Origin: a virus
Taxonomy: Duplodnaviria > Caudoviricetes
DNA: 39,764 bases
Reading direction: 5' to 3' (one strand)
IMG/VR virus record: IMGVR_UViG_3300005805_000190
Coordinates: 1 to 39,764 of that record
The first letter of the stretch is position 1. Every line of letters begins with the position of its first letter. The translations under genes and the position numbers were made by a program. Positions 35,918-39,764 of the stretch are shown here, piece by piece. The notes under the pieces were generated by a model, which saw only the letters and a program-made list of their open reading frames with translations, searched no databases and was not told the DNA's origin.

Positions 35918-36756
35918 TTGTTTCTCTTTATAAGATCTTTGAGTTTAATACTACTTTCTGTCTTAACATCTTTTGGATTAGGATTCTTGAAGTTAACAAT
36001 ACCTTTTGTCAATAAGTCATCAAAGTTAGGAGCATCATCAGTTTGTGGCATAGATGTTCTTGGTGGCGCGCCAGATATAGGTTTATTTTTATTCTGCATT
36101 AACTGTACGTTCTTCCATAAGTATGCAGTTATTTCTTCTGGTGTAGAACCATGACCATGTTCTTCGTATAACTTACGAGATTGCTCTGTTAAGTACTGAT
36201 TAACGGCAGTTTGAATTACCTTCTCGGTTCCACTGAAAAGGTTTATTCCTTTTGCTGAAGATAGTGGTAATTCTTTTTGATCTGCTGCAACTGCTATGTG
36301 AACTGCCTTCAACGCCTGTTGTGGTGTTATCGTTGCAGTCATATCATAGACCGGAACTAAAGTTTCTGGATTCGCAATGAATGCCTGACTCCATCTATGA
36401 TGTCCGTCTATTATGAACTTACCGTTTAGTGTTACAATTGGTCTATTGAATTGAGCTTGTCCTTCGAGTATAGAATCAAGATTATTGTACTTGTCATTCA
36501 ATATACTTATCAAACTTTCGTTTTGACCTATTTCTTTTTGTGTTGGTATGAGGACTTCTGCTTTCAATTTCTTAGACGTAAAGGATATTTTTTCATCCTG
36601 TGGTCTACCGTCTGTAAGTCCAGCGTGTATTACGGACTGAACTTTACTATCGTTCGCAATGTCTTTGAATCTTGAAACGAAAGCTGGCAACGGTAAGTTG
36701 GATATTTGTGCGAACTCTTCCGCGTCTTCTTTGAGTAATTGTTTGAGTTTAATCAT
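35914..36756 (-). CDS. ParB/sulfiredoxin-like domain protein with N-terminal MIKLKQLLKE tag
   Basis: L-x-PTQ, PIV...IIDGHHRW; C-terminal ESSIKLKDLIK. Confidence 0.7.
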   Translation of the reverse strand: MIKLKQLLKEDAEEFAQISNLPLPAFVSRFKDIANDSKVQSVIHAGLTDGRPQDEKISFTSKKLKAEVLIPTQKEIGQNESLISILNDKYNNLDSILEGQAQFNRPIVTLNGKFIIDGHHRWSQAFIANPETLVPVYDMTATITPQQALKAVHIAVAADQKELPLSSAKGINLFSGTEKVIQTAVNQYLTEQSRKLYEEHGHGSTPEEITAYLWKNVQLMQNKNKPISGAPPRTSMPQTDDAPNFDDLLTKGIVNFKNPNPKDVKTESSIKLKDLIKRNK

Positions 36757-36790
36757 GACCTCTGATACCGATTGTGACGTGAGTATAGAG

Positions 36791-36798
36791 ATAAATAT
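36791..36798 (-). promoter_or_regulatory. ATATTTAT motif on the minus strand, putative late promoter for the 36756-33053 operon
   Basis: Plus-strand ATAAATAT, between the groES terminator and the ATG at 36756. Confidence 0.5.
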
Positions 36799-36810
36799 GA
36801 TTTAAAACAC

Positions 36811-36834
36811 AAAAGGGAGAATTTTCATTCTCCC
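36811..36834 (-). terminator. Intrinsic terminator after groES
   Basis: Minus strand GGGAGAAT-gaaa-ATTCTCCC followed by TTTT. Confidence 0.75.
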
Positions 36835-36840
36835 AATTGA

Positions 36841-37131
36841 TTAATCTATTACAGCAAGTATATCCATCTCGCTCAGTAGAAGTAGTGTTTCTCTGTCAAC
36901 TTCAATCTCGGAACCTTGATGATGACGTTTGTATAGTACAATGTTACCTGCTTCAACACAGATTGGAATGTTTGCACCACTCTGTGCAATTAATCCAGTA
37001 CCAACTGCAATTACAGTACCTTCTGCGGGAGAATCCTTTGATGATTCTGGAATGATGATTCCACCTGAACTTACTTCTTGTACTGGTTTTGGTTTAATGA
37101 GAATCTTATCTCGTATTGGTCTTACTGCCAT
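36841..37131 (-). CDS. groES: Co-chaperonin GroES
   Basis: RPIRDKILIK...SSGGIIIP...EGTVIAVG-x-G...V-x-x-G-x-x-VLY...E-x-DILAVI; 96 aa. Confidence 0.92.
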   Translation of the reverse strand: MAVRPIRDKILIKPKPVQEVSSGGIIIPESSKDSPAEGTVIAVGTGLIAQSGANIPICVEAGNIVLYKRHHQGSEIEVDRETLLLLSEMDILAVID

Positions 37132-37156
37132 GTGAATTCCTTTTATTAAAATGATA

Positions 37157-37801
37157 TTACCAACTTAAAATGTTTGGATATGATCTACCTTGATTGGATG
37201 AATGTACTTTGATACCATCGAGATATAGAAAGGTTGAACCACCTCCATCAAAATTAATTGCATCAGTACATCCAATTGATGTGAAATAAGATTGAACATC
37301 TTTTAGTGTAGCACTTGTTGTAACGTACAAGAAGATAGAACCATTTGGATGAATTCCAATTGCAGTTCTCGGACACTTACGTCTTGAAAAGAAAGACTTG
37401 TTTATCTTTGTTTTCTTACCACCTTGTAAAAGAATCGGATAACCAGATGCAATATATTCAACATCTGTTCCAGTTAGTTTTAGGTTGAACTCTTGTCCCC
37501 AACTCTTACCATCATATATGAATGCCTCTCCGTTCTTTATGAAGAAGAATGGCCATTGTTTTTTAGAACTGTATGTTGATCTAATCTTGTCTTTATAGAT
37601 TCCTACATACGTTTTTGAAGTAAAGAACGATAGGTTCACCATGTTCTTCGCCCCGACTGAATCAATGTAATACTTCGGTCGTTGCAACTTTGAAGAACTA
37701 TGCATTCGTATTTCTGATGGATTCAATTCGAATGTCCAATCTTTCCCGTACATCAACGTTGCGGACAGAATCATTACTGTTAATATTATTTGTCTCTTCA
37801 T
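37157..37801 (-). CDS. Secreted phosphodiester glycosidase (NAGPA/DUF2233 family)
   Basis: Signal peptide; N-x-SFF, PRTAIG, AINFDGGGST. Confidence 0.85.
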   Translation of the reverse strand: MKRQIILTVMILSATLMYGKDWTFELNPSEIRMHSSSKLQRPKYYIDSVGAKNMVNLSFFTSKTYVGIYKDKIRSTYSSKKQWPFFFIKNGEAFIYDGKSWGQEFNLKLTGTDVEYIASGYPILLQGGKKTKINKSFFSRRKCPRTAIGIHPNGSIFLYVTTSATLKDVQSYFTSIGCTDAINFDGGGSTFLYLDGIKVHSSNQGRSYPNILSW

Positions 37802-37812
37802 AACATTTCTTC

Positions 37813-38334
37813 TTACTGAATAAAGTACACCGTCCCTAAATCAAAATTGTCAATAAACCAAACTCGCATCAATATCCATCCAATAGTCAGTAGCCAATAA
37901 ACAGGATATGAAATGAGTAACCACGAACCTATCGTCAGTACATGATTCTTTTTGAACGAAGGAATCTTAGACCAATCATGCACCATCAATTCTTTTAGTC
38001 CTAACATCAAAAATGGAATCACAACTATCAACGGTGTTGCAAATAATTGAATGTGGGTATAAACAACATATGTTAAAATAAACCCCATCCAAATCAAGAA
38101 TGATCCCATCTTTAAGTTTGTAATCAACTTGGATTCTTTTGAATCAAATAAATTCTCATAAGCATATCTACCGAGATCATGCCATAAACTTATGATTCCA
38201 ACAGACCACATGGGTAAAAGAAATGCACCCATCCAAGTGTTCAGAGTACATTCGGCATCACCGAATCCATCTGATATGAATGCGATCGAAAATAGTATGA
38301 ATGAAAGTATCAGTGAGTAAAGTATTCGTAACAT
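37813..38334 (-). CDS. Multi-pass membrane protein
   Basis: About five hydrophobic segments; AGGA RBS. Confidence 0.7.
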   Translation of the reverse strand: MLRILYSLILSFILFSIAFISDGFGDAECTLNTWMGAFLLPMWSVGIISLWHDLGRYAYENLFDSKESKLITNLKMGSFLIWMGFILTYVVYTHIQLFATPLIVVIPFLMLGLKELMVHDWSKIPSFKKNHVLTIGSWLLISYPVYWLLTIGWILMRVWFIDNFDLGTVYFIQ

Positions 38335-38361
38335 TTTTTATCCTATGTAACGTGGTGGTGA

Positions 38362-38586
38362 TTAAGGATTAAGTTCTGTATGGTTAGAACAATAACCGTT
38401 CTTTTCAATTGGTCGGTTAACCCATTGACAAAATATCATAGTGTCTCCCTCTCTACCATGAATACCCTTTGCCTTACTACAACTCGTACAACGAGGGTGA
38501 TAATTTAAAAGATCTTCTTTGTTTGCTGCTCGTGACACTTTCAACTCTCCATTTTGGTCACGTTCAACCATTGCTAGTGTAGCCAT
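38362..38586 (-). CDS. Small Cys-rich (metal-binding) hypothetical protein
   Basis: CTSC...C...CSNH; AAGGA RBS; own promoter. Confidence 0.65.
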   Translation of the reverse strand: MATLAMVERDQNGELKVSRAANKEDLLNYHPRCTSCSKAKGIHGREGDTMIFCQWVNRPIEKNGYCSNHTELNP

Positions 38587-38615
38587 TTATTTATCCTTTT
38601 GTTAGTTCTATATTT

Positions 38616-38645
38616 TAATATACAAAGAAGTTTTCACTTCTCCAA
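38616..38645 (-). promoter_or_regulatory. Host-sigma-type promoter TTG-N20-TATATTA
   Basis: Minus strand TTGgagaagtgaaaacttctttgTATATTA. Confidence 0.6.
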
Positions 38646-38664
38646 ATTATTCTTTGTTATAATT

Positions 38665-39021
38665 TCAAAATTGCGGTTCAACACTCGTTGTGATTGTTGC
38701 ATAGAATAGTGTCAAAATAGATTCAACTTCCTTCTCTGTTGTTGCGTTACCCAACTTGTTCAAAACGTCGATACCTTTTTTCGTTGGTAGATAAATCCAA
38801 AGATTGCCTCCTTCGCGATGAAGACGGATCATCGAGTCGAGATAGAAGAAGAATCTGTCTGCATCGTTGGTGAGAATACCTTGTGCCCTCATAAGATTCT
38901 TCAACTTGTCAAGACGTTCAGTCAACGATATTGCTTTTTCTGTCATCTCGTATGTTTCTTCCACTTGAACTTTGAACATTTGAAGAAGATTGTTTTTCAT
39001 TTGAACACGATCGTTGTTCAT
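38665..39021 (-). CDS. Hypothetical protein
   Basis: ATG at 39021 after AGGAGG, ATGA-coupled to the upstream gene; preferred over 39045. Confidence 0.65.
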   Translation of the reverse strand: MNNDRVQMKNNLLQMFKVQVEETYEMTEKAISLTERLDKLKNLMRAQGILTNDADRFFFYLDSMIRLHREGGNLWIYLPTKKGIDVLNKLGNATTEKEVESILTLFYATITTSVEPQF

Positions 39022-39203
39022 TGTTTGTCCTCCTGAATGTCCCACATAAAGTTACCCATCTTGACGTATTCAACACCTTCGGTAAGGATGTGATTGAATG
39101 CCCACTTGTCTTCCTTATCAAACTCTTCGAGGTCAGTCGATTCCTTCAAGACGTACCAACCAAATTCTCCCCGTTCGTATGTTGTGTGAAGTCGGTATTT
39201 CAT
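39018..39203 (-). CDS. Small hypothetical protein (paralog of 39221-39400)
   Basis: GWYV-x-KES motif; AAGGACACCAA leader. Confidence 0.7.
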   Translation of the reverse strand: MKYRLHTTYERGEFGWYVLKESTDLEEFDKEDKWAFNHILTEGVEYVKMGNFMWDIQEDKQ

Positions 39204-39220
39204 TTTGGTGTCCTTGTGTA

Positions 39221-39400
39221 TTAGTTCTTTTCAATCGTGTACATCGTGTTACCGTCTTCAACATATCCTGTCTTTCCTTTACGAATCATGTTGAACCAGT
39301 ATTGTTCATACCGATTGAAGTCATTCAGATTCTCTGATTCTTTGGAGACGTACCAACCGTCTTCACGTTCTGGGTCGTATGTATGAATGAGGTATGTCAT
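39221..39400 (-). CDS. Small 59-aa hypothetical protein, not in the ORF track (paralog of 39018-39203)
   Basis: MTYLIHTYDPEREDGWYVSKESENLNDFNRYEQYWFNMIRKGKTGYVEDGNTMYTIEKN*; same AAGGACACCAA leader. Confidence 0.75.
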   Translation of the reverse strand: MTYLIHTYDPEREDGWYVSKESENLNDFNRYEQYWFNMIRKGKTGYVEDGNTMYTIEKN

Positions 39401-39412
39401 TCGTTGGTGTCC

Positions 39413-39592
39413 TTACAGATTGATGAGAGAAGAATCAAAACGTGCAGAGTAATCAACAATCACCATGTCAAAGTGATCTGCACAATCAATGATAACGTGT
39501 TGATGTTTTTGAAGACCTGCATCTTCAATCACCTTGATCCAACCGTTGATGCCCATTGGCTTCTGTTCCAAAACAAATTCTTGGATTGTCAT
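39413..39592 (-). CDS. Small hypothetical protein
   Basis: ATG at 39592 after AAGGAG; first gene after the promoter at 39626-39657. Confidence 0.6.
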   Translation of the reverse strand: MTIQEFVLEQKPMGINGWIKVIEDAGLQKHQHVIIDCADHFDMVIVDYSARFDSSLINL

Positions 39593-39625
39593 AACCGACT
39601 CCTTTTGTGTGTTGTTTCTCATATA

Positions 39626-39657
39626 CAAAAGTACGGAACATATATGACAATACCAAA
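39626..39657 (-). promoter_or_regulatory. Host-sigma-type promoter TTTG-N20-TACTTTTG (exact Bacteroidota -33/-7 consensus)
   Basis: Minus strand TTTGgtattgtcatatatgttccgTACTTTTG. Confidence 0.7.
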
Positions 39658-39697
39658 CAAAAAATGGGGTGTGGATAACTTTTTATCTCCTTATAAA

Positions 39698-39758
39698 TCA
39701 AGGACTTACAGAGACGGGTGGTTCCATCGCCGTAAGTCCTTGAAAAATAAGGGACTTA
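39698..39758. repeat. Interlocked inverted repeats built from GGACTTA/TAAGTCC half-sites
   Basis: TCAAGGACTTAC-N22-GTAAGTCCTTGA (perfect 12 bp), then TAAGTCC-N12-GGACTTA. Confidence 0.7.
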
Positions 39759-39764
39759 TAAGTT

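Noticed and set aside
116-39337. The many 60-130 aa antisense or alternate-frame ORFs in the track (e.g. 4947-5267, 18825-19220, 25494-25814, 28684-28968)
   Set aside because: They lie within well-supported genes and show no recognisable motifs; treated as shadow ORFs.
1-39764. Bacterial chromosome (LPS/capsule locus) or eukaryotic giant virus origin
   Set aside because: gp44/gp62-like clamp loader, GH19 lysin, lone GroES, dense small ORFs, SD motifs, ATGA-coupled operons and sigma-type promoters fit a bacteriophage. No capsid or terminase gene is in the window, so this remains an inference.
1-39764. Stop-codon reassignment as in some large phages
   Set aside because: Code 11 gives near-complete gene tiling, and TAA, TGA and TAG all end genes at sensible boundaries.
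39698-39764. tRNA, CRISPR repeat or IS end
   Set aside because: No cloverleaf or T-loop motif, no regularly spaced direct repeats, and no transposase in the window.

Overview
This AT-rich, gene-dense window looks like part of a large T4-like tailed phage genome in standard code 11. I found no tRNA, rRNA, CRISPR array or transposase. Family calls come from motif recognition by eye; no database search was run. Layout: (1) 1-3237: end of a replication block (gp44/gp62-like clamp loader subunits, DUF1599/Nmad1, PD-(D/E)XK exonuclease, GMP reductase/IMPDH). (2) 3297-17568: a ~14 kb operon of about 12 soluble glycosyltransferase(-like) genes, 2 methyltransferases, an NAD-dependent epimerase and a short UDP-glucose dehydrogenase. 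(3) 17613-23292: Dps-like, GNAT, Nudix, peptide deformylase and small genes. (4) 23456-29425: three signal-peptide surface proteins of host type (a T9SS-CTD protein, an A/S-x-x fibre, and a 1411-aa IgGFc-binding/Ig-repeat adhesin). (5) A GH19 endolysin, then unrelated proteins (nuclease-like, SOD, HAD, glycosylase-like, flavodoxin-like, ParB-like). (6) GroES, a phosphodiester glycosidase and small early-type genes on the minus strand. The best candidate for a new system is a shared N-terminal tag, M-I-[KR]-L-x-x-[IL]-[IL]-x-E, on five unrelated enzymes. It resembles a capsid-targeting/prohead-protease signal and would imply a virion-packaged enzyme payload. Two regulatory motifs recur (TTG-N20-TA[TC][AT]TT x6; ATATTTAT x5). 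Two convincing genes are missing from the ORF track (23140-23292 + and 39221-39400 -). The host is inferred to be a T9SS-bearing Bacteroidota-Chlorobi group bacterium, perhaps Kapabacteria- or Ignavibacteria-like.
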